From: Mycoplasmatota bacterium
GTDB taxonomy: Bacteria > Bacillota_I > Bacilli_A > MAG-NZ
Direction: 5' to 3'
Assembly: GCA_018394315.1 (NCBI GenBank)
Contig: CP074575.1
Span: 558,001-622,000 of the forward strand
DNA: 64,000 nt
The notes under the pieces are model-generated. The model was given only the letters and a program-made list of their open reading frames with translations, was not told the DNA's origin and made no database searches. Below are positions 1-10,480 of the stretch, piece after piece; position 1 is the stretch's first letter; each line of letters opens with the position of its first letter. The translations under genes and the position numbers were made by a program.

Positions 1-529
1 TATACCTATTGATAACTTAGTTGCCTTCCCTTCTATTGCGGACTATTTTGAATCAATGAATTTTAAGGATTCAGTTGTTGTTTCACCTGATCACGGAGGA
101 GCAACAAGAGCTAGACAATTGGCAGATGCACTATCAGTACCGATAGCAATTATAGATAAAAGCAGACCACTACCAAATGTTGCTGAAGTAATGGGGATTA
201 TTGGCGATGTTGAAAATAAAACGTGTATTATTATTGATGATATGATTGATACTGCAGGAACTCTAACAGTTGCAGCTAGTGCTTTAATGGAACATGGAGC
301 AAAAGAGGTATATGCTTCTTGTACTCATCCTATTTTTTCTGGACCTGCAATCGATAGAATTAATAACTCAGTTCTAAAGGAAGTTGTGGTTACTAATACA
401 ATCCAATTATCTGAAAATAAAAAAACTCGTAAAGTAAAACAATTATCTGTGTCTGACCTATTTGGTCAAGCAGTGTTGAATATCATTAATGGAGAACCAC
501 TAAGTGGATTATTCGAAAGAAGACATTAA
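1..529 (+). CDS. prs: Ribose-phosphate pyrophosphokinase, 5' part outside window
   Basis: Open frame from base 2 (IPIDNL...); VVVSPDHGG and IIDDMIDTAGT PRPP-binding motifs. Confidence 0.96.
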   Translation, partial: IPIDNLVAFPSIADYFESMNFKDSVVVSPDHGGATRARQLADALSVPIAIIDKSRPLPNVAEVMGIIGDVENKTCIIIDDMIDTAGTLTVAASALMEHGAKEVYASCTHPIFSGPAIDRINNSVLKEVVVTNTIQLSENKKTRKVKQLSVSDLFGQAVLNIINGEPLSGLFERRH

Positions 530-557
530 AGAAATATTCATCCCAAACTATTTAATT

Positions 558-591
558 AAAAAGTCTAGACAACTTAATGTTTAGACTTTTT
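558..591. terminator. Bidirectional intrinsic terminator between convergent prs and ABC-F genes
   Basis: AAAAAGTCTAGACA...TGTTTAGACTTTTT inverted repeat with A and T tails. Confidence 0.75.
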
Positions 592-2402
592 TACATCATA
601 TCTATCAATGCCTCGTACTCTTGTTCGTATAGTTCTTTTTCGTAAATTTGAGTTTCAATTAATTTGAAGTCAGGCTTTTCTTTCGTTAATTCATTGGAAA
701 TAATATCTTCACACTGTATAATTAGGTTCTCAATTTTTTCGATATCTTTTGTGTAATCCTTTTCGATATTTGTTGGTCTTATCTTTTGAATCTTCTTTAC
801 CTTACTTTTTATTTCTTTCTTTTCGAAATAGATATCATAATCACCATCATACCTGTTTATTTTTTTATCTTCAATACAAAGAATGTAGTGAGATAACTTA
901 TTAATAAAATATCTATCATGAGAAATTATAAATAGAGTTCCTGGGTAGTCTAGTAATGCCTGTTCTAACATTTCCTTTGACTCAACATCAAGATGGTTTG
1001 TAGGTTCGTCAAGTAACAGTAAGTTTGTATCACTATTAACCATTTTACATAATTCTAAACGAGATTTTTCCCCTCCAGAAATATCTCCAACTGCTTTAAA
1101 CACATCATCCCCATAGAATAAGAAGCTTGCTAATTTATTTCTTGCTTCACCAACAGTCATAGGATTTGAATTTCTAAATTCCTGTAAAATTGTCCTATTT
1201 GGGTATTGATAAACTATCTCCTGTGATAAGACTCCAATTTTTGTTTTACCTGAGAGCGTAATCTTACCTTGGTAGTCCATTTCGTTAAGAATTGATTTAA
1301 AGATAGTAGATTTACCAGTACCGTTTTTGCCAATTAGGAATGCCCTATCAGTATAGCGTACAGTGAAGTTGACATTATCCAAGAGTAGGGAATCAAAGGA
1401 TTTAGAATAATTTTCAATCTTAATAACTTCTTTACCAGTTCGACCGATGTTATTGAAATTTAAGTTGAAAGTTTTTTGAATAAGTGGTTTATCTAACTTA
1501 TGCATTTTATCTAATTTTTTCTCAATTGTTTTAGCTCTTCTAAACATTTTATCGCTATCTCTCATTCTACCCCATATGCGAAAACGTTCTATCTGATCTT
1601 CCATTTTTTTGATTTTCTTCTCTTGGTTTGCATAGGACTTCCATAAAGTATCCATTAATTTTGCTTTTTCTTTTACATAGAATGAGTAATTACCATGATA
1701 AACTTTAGCTCTCCCTAATTCAATATTGATGATCTTGTTGGTAATTCTATCTAACAAATATCTATCATGTGAAATAATTAATACAGATCCCTTGTACTTT
1801 TGTAAATACCCTTCTAACCAACTAATTGACTGTAAATCAAGATGATTACTCGGTTCATCTAGCAAAAGTATGTCAGGTTTCTCTAGTAAAATTTTTCCCA
1901 ATATAACCCTACTTTTCTCACCACCACTTAAAATAGAAAAAGGTTTATCAAGTAAGACTTTGGATATATTTAATCCCTTGATTATTTTATTGAATTCGGT
2001 TTCTATTTCATAGCCACCTATATCATTGAATTTTTCTTGTGCACGACCATATCGCATAAGCACTTTCTCATCTAGGGGATTTTCTGATAATTCTTTTTCA
2101 AGTTGATTTAGCCTTTCTTTATCGGAAAGGATTTCAGTAAAGGCCTGATATAAGACTTCGGTAACCGTCTCTTTATATTCAGGTATTTGATCTAGGTATC
2201 CGATCTTTAATCCCTTTCTGACGAATATCTCTCCTGAATCAGGGGTTTCAAATCCCTTAATAACTTTGAAAATAGTTGTCTTTCCAGAACCGTTAGCACC
2301 AACTATACCAATCTTATCACCTGTATTAATGTGAAAAGAAACGCCTTTCAATACGTCATAGATAGCAAATGATTTTGTTATGTTATTAACCGATAAATCC
2401 AT
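591..2402 (-). CDS. ABC-F family ATPase (two ABC domains, no transmembrane domain)
   Basis: Two Walker A motifs (GANGSGKT, GKNGTGKS), SGGEKSR signatures, LLLDEP(S/T)NHLD twice; start set at ATG after GAGGTG. Confidence 0.92.
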   Translation of the reverse strand: MDLSVNNITKSFAIYDVLKGVSFHINTGDKIGIVGANGSGKTTIFKVIKGFETPDSGEIFVRKGLKIGYLDQIPEYKETVTEVLYQAFTEILSDKERLNQLEKELSENPLDEKVLMRYGRAQEKFNDIGGYEIETEFNKIIKGLNISKVLLDKPFSILSGGEKSRVILGKILLEKPDILLLDEPSNHLDLQSISWLEGYLQKYKGSVLIISHDRYLLDRITNKIINIELGRAKVYHGNYSFYVKEKAKLMDTLWKSYANQEKKIKKMEDQIERFRIWGRMRDSDKMFRRAKTIEKKLDKMHKLDKPLIQKTFNLNFNNIGRTGKEVIKIENYSKSFDSLLLDNVNFTVRYTDRAFLIGKNGTGKSTIFKSILNEMDYQGKITLSGKTKIGVLSQEIVYQYPNRTILQEFRNSNPMTVGEARNKLASFLFYGDDVFKAVGDISGGEKSRLELCKMVNSDTNLLLLDEPTNHLDVESKEMLEQALLDYPGTLFIISHDRYFINKLSHYILCIEDKKINRYDGDYDIYFEKKEIKSKVKKIQKIRPTNIEKDYTKDIEKIENLIIQCEDIISNELTKEKPDFKLIETQIYEKELYEQEYEALIDMM

Positions 2403-2517
2403 ATAATACACCTCTACTATATTAATATATCATATAAACTTGCATAAGTAATACAAATAAAATATGTTATAATGTTGTTGATTAAAAAAAATAGTTGATT
2501 AAGGTTTGGTGTACACA

Positions 2518-3063
2518 ATGAAATTAATAGTTGGACTAGGCAATCCAGGAAAGAAATATAAGAATACTAAACACAATCTTGGATTTAATTCTATAGACAA
2601 GTTGAGTGAAAAACTCGGAGTTTCCCTCACTCCTAATAAGAAGATACTTGGCGATAGTGTAAAATACGAAAATATTATCTTGTTGAAACCAACAACATTT
2701 ATGAATTTATCGGGAAATAGTATAATAAAGACAATGAAGTACTATGATATTTCAAAAGATGACATCTTAATAATTTATGATGATATTGATTTACCAATAG
2801 GGAAAATTAGGATTAGGTATAAAGGGGGTTCTGGTGGACATAATGGGATTAAATCTATAATTCAGCACATTGATAATGATTTTAATCGCATTAGAATAGG
2901 TGCAGGGAGAGATGATGGTTTAGGAACGGTTAATTATGTACTCACTAGTTTCTCTAAGAAGGACCAATTGGTAATCGATGAATCAATAGATAAGGTAATA
3001 AATATTTGTATGGACTTTATTAAAGAAGAAGACATATTAACAATTATGAATAAGTATAACTAA
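2518..3063 (+). CDS. pth: Peptidyl-tRNA hydrolase
   Basis: MKLIVGLGNPG, KPTTFMNLSG, GGHNGIKSI motifs. Confidence 0.96.
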   Translation: MKLIVGLGNPGKKYKNTKHNLGFNSIDKLSEKLGVSLTPNKKILGDSVKYENIILLKPTTFMNLSGNSIIKTMKYYDISKDDILIIYDDIDLPIGKIRIRYKGGSGGHNGIKSIIQHIDNDFNRIRIGAGRDDGLGTVNYVLTSFSKKDQLVIDESIDKVINICMDFIKEEDILTIMNKYN

Positions 3064-3114
3064 CCCCTCTAGTTCTAAATTGAGGGGTAGAACTGATGTT
3101 AGAAGGAGATCAAA

Positions 3115-6100
3115 ATGAGGAACGATTTTTTAAAAGAGATACCAGTAGTTAATGATTTTTTTGAATCTTTAGCAAATAAAAAATACAATACACTGGTACT
3201 AGATACTACTAGTGATTTCAACATAATGTTAATTGCGAGTACATTCATTGAGCGAAATGAACAAATAATTGTTGTTGCTCCTAACATTTATAAAGCTCAG
3301 CAATTATATGATTCACTAATTGAAATACTAGGAGTAAATTCAGTGTCTTTTTTTCCCGCGGATGAATTTGTTACTGTAGAAATGTTAGCTTCTTCAAACG
3401 AGTTTAGGACTTCTAGAATCAATACAATTATTGATATTATTGAAGAAAAGAGAAAAATAATAGTTACTCACACGTTGGGTTATTTAAGGTATGAATTACC
3501 TAAAAATAAATGGATAAAAAATAAGTTGATTATAAATAGAAATACAGTAATCACAAAGAATGATTTTGTGAGGAAGTTAATCTCTTTTGGTTATAAAAGA
3601 GAATATCAAGTAGAAAAACCAGGTGATGTGAGTGTTAGGGGTTATATCGTTGATATATGGACATATAGTGACGAAAATCCAGTTAGAATAGAATTTTTTG
3701 ACGACGAAATTGAACAAATAAGATCTTTCAATCCAACAACGCAAAGAACTATATCTAAAATAAACGAAGTGAAAATCTATCCTTTATTTGAATTGTTCTA
3801 TGATGAAGACGAGAAGAGAGATTTGGTTAATATTGTAAAGGAAAAGGTTCCTTCTTCACAAAGAGTTCTAGATGAAATTGAAAAAATAGAGAATAATGCG
3901 GACTTAGACAGAATGCATAGATATATTCAATTTTTAGAGCATGTTAGTTTAAGTGACTACTTCGATGAAAAAATTGTTTTTTTATCAAACCCTAAAAGAA
4001 TTAAAGATACATATGAGAGTGTTATAAATGATATAACTGAATGGTATTTAACTATAGAAGGAGAGTACAGTAATCTACAATTTACTTTCTTTAGTGATTT
4101 AAACTTGAAAATTGCTGAAGATCATAGAGTTATTTATTTTCAAAATGTTTTAACAAGTGATTATAAATATGATCATGTGTTTAGGATTCCTTCGAACGAC
4201 GTAATAGAATATCATGGGAACATTAAGATGTTTGTTAATGATATTACTAAGGCTAAAGAAACAGTAATCATTCAAGGAAGTAAAGCAGTTTATAGTTTGC
4301 TTGATGATGAAGAAATCAAGTATAGAAGAGTTGGAAAAGAAGATGACATTAAGAAGAATAGAATTAATGTTATTAATGAAAGTAATGGACTGAGTTTTAG
4401 ATTGTTTGGAGAAGTTTTTTATGTTAGTGTAAATAAATTATTTCATAGAACGAAAAAAAAGAAAAAACATTTCAAACTTAAAGAAGCAATAAAACTTAAA
4501 TCTGTTGATGAGATAAAAATCAATGATTATGTTGTACATTATGATTATGGAATTGGAAGATATTTAGGTATTAAAACTGTTGAGTTAAGTGGTATAAAAA
4601 ATGACTATATACATATAGGATATCGAAATGATGAAGTTTTATATGTTCCTGTTGAGAATGTTCATTTAATACAAAAGTATTCTGCCAGTGAAGGTGCAAG
4701 ACCAAAAATCAATAGTATTGGTGGTACTTCATGGGCTAGGACAAAAGCAAAAGTAAGGAAAAAACTAAAGGACATTGCGGGGAAATTAATTAAGTTATAC
4801 GCTGAGCGAAAAGAAGCGAAAGGCTATCCTTTTCCCAAGGATGATGAAGATCAATTTAGATTTGAGGCAGATTTTGAATATAAAGAAACACCTGATCAAT
4901 TAAAAGCTATAGAAGAGATAAAAGGTGATATGGAAAGAGAAAGTCCAATGGATAGACTCCTTTGTGGGGATGTTGGATATGGAAAAACTGAAGTAGCAAT
5001 GCGAGCTGCATTTAAATCAGTCTATGCTACTAAACAAGTTGCTTATCTTTGTCCTACGACTGTTCTAAGTAAACAACATTTTAAAACATTTAAGAGCAGG
5101 TTTTCTCAATATGGTATAAAGGTCGAGTTATTAAACAGATTTGTACCATTAAGAACACAGAATGAAATTGTAAAGGATGTTGCTAAAGGAAAAGTTGATA
5201 TATTAATAGGGACTCACAGAATACTAAGTAAAGACATAGTTTTCAAGGATTTGGGTTTGCTAATAGTAGACGAAGAACAAAGATTCGGTGTGGAACACAA
5301 GGAAAGAATTAAGGAAATAAAAGTAAATGTAGATGTTATAACATTAACTGCAACACCTATTCCTAGAACATTGCAAATGGCTTTAATGGGGGTGAAGAGC
5401 ACTTCTCTACTTGAGACACCTCCTGAAAATAGATACCCAGTACAAACATATGTTCTAAAGGAAAACGATACAGTAGTAAAAGATGCAATTGAAAGAGAAT
5501 TAGCTAGGGGTGGGCAAGTATTTTTCTTATATAACAAAGTCTCTGATATTGGTAGAGTAGCAAATAAAGTTCAAAGACTTGTACCGGAAGCAAGAGTCAC
5601 TTTTGCGCACGGGCAGATGAGTAGAGAAGAATTGGATTCAACTATGAACGACTTTATTGATAAGGTTTATGATGTTTTGGTATGTACTACGATTATTGAA
5701 ACCGGAATAGACATTCCTAACGCAAATACATTAATAATTACATCAGCTGATAGACTTGGATTAGCTCAACTTTATCAAATAAGAGGTAGAGTTGGAAGAA
5801 GTGATAAGATAGCTTATGCTTATCTTATGTACAATAAATATGATTTGCTCTCTGAAAGAGCGGAGAAGCGTTTAGAAGTCATAAAGGAGTTTACTGAACT
5901 TGGTTCTGGATTCAAAATTGCTATGCGTGACTTAAGCATTCGCGGAGCAGGGGATGTTTTAGGTGCTGAGCAATCAGGTTTTATAGATACTGTAGGAATT
6001 GACTTATACATGCAAATGTTAGATGAAGAGATAAAGTTACAACAAGGTACTGAAGTTTCACGACCTAAACCAGTTAAACAATCTCCAATAAAAGTAAGTA

Positions 6101-6516
6101 AGCATATTCCTGAGGATTATGTTGATGATCAGGCTATAAAGATTGAGATACATAAAAAAATCAAACAAATTAAGAATAATCGAAATATTGAAGATTTAAT
6201 TAATGAGATGAAAGATAGATATGGAAAAATTCCAAACCATCTAATAGATTTCATGCATAAAAGTTTGTTCGATAAGTACGCTTCCATGTTTGATATTGAC
6301 TTAATTGACAATAATAAGAGTGAGATGGTAATAAGATTCAGTAGATTAATGAGTGATAACTTGAATGGAGAGAAATTGTTATTCGCCGCATTTGAAGTAG
6401 ATCGTGATTTAACATTGAAGTACAAAAATAATCGAATTACTGTTTCATTAAATAAGAAATCGGATAAGAAAGAACCACTTAAGATTTTTAACCAATTTTT
6501 TGAAAAAATTGTATAA
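3115..6516 (+). CDS. mfd: Transcription-repair coupling factor
   Basis: UvrB-like N-terminus, RID (YVVHYDYGIG), SF2 motifs GDVGYGKTEVA, DEEQRFGV, QIRGRVGRS; follows pth. Confidence 0.97.
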   Translation: MRNDFLKEIPVVNDFFESLANKKYNTLVLDTTSDFNIMLIASTFIERNEQIIVVAPNIYKAQQLYDSLIEILGVNSVSFFPADEFVTVEMLASSNEFRTSRINTIIDIIEEKRKIIVTHTLGYLRYELPKNKWIKNKLIINRNTVITKNDFVRKLISFGYKREYQVEKPGDVSVRGYIVDIWTYSDENPVRIEFFDDEIEQIRSFNPTTQRTISKINEVKIYPLFELFYDEDEKRDLVNIVKEKVPSSQRVLDEIEKIENNADLDRMHRYIQFLEHVSLSDYFDEKIVFLSNPKRIKDTYESVINDITEWYLTIEGEYSNLQFTFFSDLNLKIAEDHRVIYFQNVLTSDYKYDHVFRIPSNDVIEYHGNIKMFVNDITKAKETVIIQGSKAVYSLLDDEEIKYRRVGKEDDIKKNRINVINESNGLSFRLFGEVFYVSVNKLFHRTKKKKKHFKLKEAIKLKSVDEIKINDYVVHYDYGIGRYLGIKTVELSGIKNDYIHIGYRNDEVLYVPVENVHLIQKYSASEGARPKINSIGGTSWARTKAKVRKKLKDIAGKLIKLYAERKEAKGYPFPKDDEDQFRFEADFEYKETPDQLKAIEEIKGDMERESPMDRLLCGDVGYGKTEVAMRAAFKSVYATKQVAYLCPTTVLSKQHFKTFKSRFSQYGIKVELLNRFVPLRTQNEIVKDVAKGKVDILIGTHRILSKDIVFKDLGLLIVDEEQRFGVEHKERIKEIKVNVDVITLTATPIPRTLQMALMGVKSTSLLETPPENRYPVQTYVLKENDTVVKDAIERELARGGQVFFLYNKVSDIGRVANKVQRLVPEARVTFAHGQMSREELDSTMNDFIDKVYDVLVCTTIIETGIDIPNANTLIITSADRLGLAQLYQIRGRVGRSDKIAYAYLMYNKYDLLSERAEKRLEVIKEFTELGSGFKIAMRDLSIRGAGDVLGAEQSGFIDTVGIDLYMQMLDEEIKLQQGTEVSRPKPVKQSPIKVSKHIPEDYVDDQAIKIEIHKKIKQIKNNRNIEDLINEMKDRYGKIPNHLIDFMHKSLFDKYASMFDIDLIDNNKSEMVIRFSRLMSDNLNGEKLLFAAFEVDRDLTLKYKNNRITVSLNKKSDKKEPLKIFNQFFEKIV

Positions 6517-6573
6517 TTCGACAAGTCATATCACAAAATAATTTTACATAAAACTAGAAAGTGAGGAAGCTTT

Positions 6574-7104
6574 GTGAAAGCAACTGGTGTAGTTCGCAGA
6601 ATAGATGATTTAGGAAGAATCGTTATTCCTAAGGAAATTAGAAGAACGTTAAGAATTCGTGAAGGTGATTCATTAGAGATATTCGTTGATCAACAAGGTG
6701 AAGTAGTATTTAAAAAATACTCACCTGTAGAAGATATTTCATCTTTTGCCCAACAGTATGTTGATGCAATTCAGTCATCGAATAAACGAGATGTATTAGT
6801 AGTTGATAGAGAAGCAGTTGTTGCTGCATCCGGATCTATTAAAAAGGATGTCTTAGAAAAAAAAATATCCGATAATCTTGATGAACTATTAACAAAGAGA
6901 TTATCCACTACGACAAAAGAAAATGAAGATTTTGAAATATGCCCTGATGTTTTTATTAAACAACCAATAGCATTAAAACCAATCAATTCTCATGGAGATA
7001 TAATTGGTGGTGTACTGGTTATAGGTAAAAAAGCAATTTCTGATATTGATATAAGTATTATTGATACTGCCAGTACATTTATTGGTAAATATTTAGAGAA
7101 CTAA
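6574..7104 (+). CDS. spoVT: SpoVT / AbrB-family transcription regulator
   Basis: MKATGVVRRIDDLGRIVIPKEIRRTLRIREGD plus GAF-like C-terminus; directly after mfd as in Bacillus. Confidence 0.9.
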   Translation: MKATGVVRRIDDLGRIVIPKEIRRTLRIREGDSLEIFVDQQGEVVFKKYSPVEDISSFAQQYVDAIQSSNKRDVLVVDREAVVAASGSIKKDVLEKKISDNLDELLTKRLSTTTKENEDFEICPDVFIKQPIALKPINSHGDIIGGVLVIGKKAISDIDISIIDTASTFIGKYLEN

Positions 7105-7114
7105 AAATTAAATC

Positions 7115-7143
7115 AATACCTTAAATTTAAGGTATTTTTTTTA
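7115..7143 (+). terminator. Intrinsic terminator after spoVT
   Basis: AATACCTTAAATTTAAGGTATT followed by T run. Confidence 0.75.
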
Positions 7144-7332
7144 TGGGAAGTCTTAAGAGGATATCTAAATAAAAAAGACCATCCTTAGAGGGACAGTCAT
7201 TAAGACTTCTAAGTTATCAAGTAGAATATACTGATATATGAATTTTAAAAGCGAAATAGTCGTTAATTTTTACAATAATTACTATGTTAGCTATATTATA
7301 CACTGTATTCACTTACAAATAGGAGAATAAAC

Positions 7333-7881
7333 TCATTTTAATTCTTTACCTATAGAATATCCTTTTCCTATAATATCTCCCACGGAGTAATAAGAGTTAT
7401 CTAAACCATATAAAACTGATTTCATCTTAGATAGAGATAACTTATCATTATCTAATAAAAATTCATCAACGAATGTTCCTGTAACTTCAGTAATGTATAT
7501 AACACGCTGCTTTATTTGCACGCGTTCAATAACCTTAAGATTTAAAGAAATATTACATTCTTTTATAGAAGGAATCTCATCGTGGTATTCGTAAGTAAAT
7601 AGATTTTCTTTATCAACGTCTCTTCCTGAGTAAATCCCACAATAATCAACTTTTTTTAACAATTTTTCTTGTGGAATGTTAAGACTAAGTATTTTAACTT
7701 CGTCAACAAAATCTGTGATTAGATGTTTTTCGTTTGTAGATAAAACGATTAAAGGTGGATTTAAACCCATTATCGCAACATCACCTATTGTGGTAACATT
7801 GATTTTCTTTTCTTTTTTAGCACATGCAAGTACAATTGGGACAGGATGTAACAATGGATAATTTTTTATTTTTCTCTTCAT
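7333..7881 (-). CDS. Flavin reductase-like (flavoredoxin) protein
   Basis: PVPIVL, LSLNIP, DYCGIYSGRDVDK, PSIKEC motifs. Confidence 0.8.
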   Translation of the reverse strand: MKRKIKNYPLLHPVPIVLACAKKEKKINVTTIGDVAIMGLNPPLIVLSTNEKHLITDFVDEVKILSLNIPQEKLLKKVDYCGIYSGRDVDKENLFTYEYHDEIPSIKECNISLNLKVIERVQIKQRVIYITEVTGTFVDEFLLDNDKLSLSKMKSVLYGLDNSYYSVGDIIGKGYSIGKELK

Positions 7882-8125
7882 AACTACCTCTTTCCTTTAC
7901 TAAATTTTACCAAATTTATAAGTAAATTCAACCAATTATAAAAATATTTTTTCTTGTGAATTTAAGTTAAAATTAAAATTATGAATAAAAACTTACCAAA
8001 ATGTGTCTAACCACGAGCCTAATCTTTACTTAGAGAGTGCTATATTATGTTATAATCAGTAGAAGGAACGTTTAATAATCAATAAAATATACTGATAAAA
8101 AGACAAAAACCACAGGGGTGAAGTT

Positions 8126-8620
8126 ATGATTAAACTAGCAATAAGAGAAGAACAAATAAAAGAATTAAAGAATAAAATAAAGACTCATAAAGAAAAACCA
8201 GGACCACTTATGCCTAGTTTGCATGATGCTCAGAAGCTAATAGGATGTATACCATATGAAATACAGAAAATGATATCAAAAGAATTAAACATTCCAGTTG
8301 CGAAAATAAATGGTGTAGTAACATTCTATGCACAATTTTCACTAGAACCAAAGGGTGAGAACATAATAGGAGTATGTTTAGGAACAGCATGTTATGTAAA
8401 AGGAGCCCAAGCAATATTAGATAAAATAGGTTCTGAATTAAAAATAAAGAGTAATGAAACTACAGATGATGGAAAATTCACACTAGAAGCAACAAGATGT
8501 ATTGGAGCATGTGGATTAGCTCCGGTGATGACTGTTAATGAAGAAGTATATGGTAATTTAAATGTATCAAAATCTGTAGAAGCCTTAAATAAGCATAAAG
8601 AGGGTGCTATTAATGATTAG
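8126..8620 (+). CDS. NuoE/HydC-like [2Fe-2S] subunit
   Basis: GVVTFYAQF, VCLGTACYVKG, CIGACGLAPV. Confidence 0.92.
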   Translation: MIKLAIREEQIKELKNKIKTHKEKPGPLMPSLHDAQKLIGCIPYEIQKMISKELNIPVAKINGVVTFYAQFSLEPKGENIIGVCLGTACYVKGAQAILDKIGSELKIKSNETTDDGKFTLEATRCIGACGLAPVMTVNEEVYGNLNVSKSVEALNKHKEGAIND

Positions 8621-10472
8621 AAGTAGTGAAGAATTAGTTAAAAGATATAACGAAACAAAAGGTAAGATATTAAACCGTGCAGGTCTTGAAACTAATGGAA
8701 GAAAAGAAGTATTAGTATGTGGAGTAGCAGGATGTAAATCATTAAAGTCAGATACACTAGTAGAAAGATTAAGAGAAGCAATTAGTGACAATGGATTAGA
8801 TATAGAAGTAAAAGAAACTGGATGTTTCGGTTTTTGTGAGAAAGGTCCGATAGTAAAAGTGATGCCTGAAGATATATTTTATTCGCAAGTAAACCCAAAA
8901 GATATAAATGAAATAGTAGAAAGTCATTTAGTAAAGGGAGAAGTATATAAGAAGAAATTATATATTAACCCTGAAACTAAAAAAGCAATTGAAACAACAA
9001 AAGAAATTCCTTTTTATAAGAAACAAGTGAAGATAGCATTAAGAAACTGTGGATTTATAAATGCAGAAAGTATTGATGAATATATTGGAGCTGGAGGATA
9101 TCAAGCATTAGCAAAAGCTTTAGAGATGACACCACAAGAAGTAATAGAAGTAATAAAAGAATCTGGACTTCGTGGACGTGGTGGAGGAGGATTTCCAACA
9201 GGAATTAAATGGCAGTTTGCAAGAAACAATGAATCTCAGACAAAATATATTATCTGTAATGCAGATGAAGGGGATCCAGGAGCATTTATGGATAGAAGTA
9301 TCTTAGAAGGAGACCCGCATAGTGTAATAGAAGCAATGGCAATTGGAGCATATGCGATAGGAGCTAATTTTGGTTATGTGTATGTAAGAGCGGAATATCC
9401 ACAAGCTGTGGAGAGGCTTGAGCTAGCGATAGAAAAGGCGAAAAGAGAAGGATTACTCGGAAAAGATATATTAGCGACTGGCTTCAATTTTGATTTAGAG
9501 ATAAGACTAGGCGCAGGAGCATTTGTTTGCGGTGAGGAAACAGCATTAATAGCTTCTATTGAAGGTGAAAGAGGGATGCCAAGAACAAAACCACCATTTC
9601 CAGCGAGTAAAGGATTATGGGGAGCACCAACGATAATAAATAACGTAGAAACATTTGCAGTAATACCAGAGATTATAAAAAAAGGTTCTGAATGGTTTAA
9701 AGGAATAGGAACGAAAAAATCAAGTGGAACAAAAGTATTTGCGTTAGTTGGAAAAGTAAAAAACACAGGATTAATCGAAGTACCGATGGGAATTACATTA
9801 AGAGAGATAATCTATGATATCGGTGGAGGAATGCTAAAAGGAAGAAAATTTAAGGCAGTATTAACTGGAGGACCAAGTGGGGGATGTTTGACAGAAGAAC
9901 ATTTAGATGAAATTGTGGATTTTGATAGATTAAAAGAATTAGGAAGCATGATGGGTTCTGGAGGAATGATAGTATTAGATGATAAGAACTGTATGGTAGA
10001 TATAGCTAAGTTCTATATTGATTTTATGGTAGAAGAGTCTTGTGGTAAATGCGTTTATTGTCGTATTGGGACAAAAAGAATTTATGAAATACTAGAGCGA
10101 ATTACAAGTGGAAAGGGTAAACCAAGTGATATAGATGAACTTGAACAATTATCACAAGGTGTGATAGACGGTTCTATTTGCGGTTTAGGACAAACTGCTC
10201 CTAACCCAGTCCTTACAACTTTGAGATATTTTAAGGATGAGTATATTGAACATATAGAAGATAAGAGATGCAGCGCTAGTGTATGTAAAGACTTAATAAA
10301 TGAATATATTATCACTGACAAGTGTACAGGATGTACAATATGTGCAAAAAATTGTCCAGTTGAGTGTATAAGTGGTGAAAGAAAAGAAAAGCACACTATA
10401 AATAATGAAGAATGTATCTTATGTGGAGATTGTTTTAGTAGATGTCCATTTGATGCAATTGTGACAAGGTAG
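8613..10472 (+). CDS. NuoF/HydB-like FMN/NADH-binding subunit with N-terminal [2Fe-2S] and C-terminal 2x[4Fe-4S]
   Basis: GLRGRGGGGFPTG, CNADEGDPGAFMDR, GAGAFVCGEET, ESCGKCVYCR, two terminal CxxCxxCxxxCP motifs. Confidence 0.93.
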   Translation: MIRSSEELVKRYNETKGKILNRAGLETNGRKEVLVCGVAGCKSLKSDTLVERLREAISDNGLDIEVKETGCFGFCEKGPIVKVMPEDIFYSQVNPKDINEIVESHLVKGEVYKKKLYINPETKKAIETTKEIPFYKKQVKIALRNCGFINAESIDEYIGAGGYQALAKALEMTPQEVIEVIKESGLRGRGGGGFPTGIKWQFARNNESQTKYIICNADEGDPGAFMDRSILEGDPHSVIEAMAIGAYAIGANFGYVYVRAEYPQAVERLELAIEKAKREGLLGKDILATGFNFDLEIRLGAGAFVCGEETALIASIEGERGMPRTKPPFPASKGLWGAPTIINNVETFAVIPEIIKKGSEWFKGIGTKKSSGTKVFALVGKVKNTGLIEVPMGITLREIIYDIGGGMLKGRKFKAVLTGGPSGGCLTEEHLDEIVDFDRLKELGSMMGSGGMIVLDDKNCMVDIAKFYIDFMVEESCGKCVYCRIGTKRIYEILERITSGKGKPSDIDELEQLSQGVIDGSICGLGQTAPNPVLTTLRYFKDEYIEHIEDKRCSASVCKDLINEYIITDKCTGCTICAKNCPVECISGERKEKHTINNEECILCGDCFSRCPFDAIVTR

Positions 10473-10480
10473 GTGGAATT

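Noticed and set aside
7147..7210. Nested inverted repeat (GAAGTCTTAA...TTAAGACTTC) as an sRNA or MITE
   Set aside because: Single copy between convergent genes; the inner hairpin with an A run is adequately explained as the minus-strand terminator of the flavin reductase gene.
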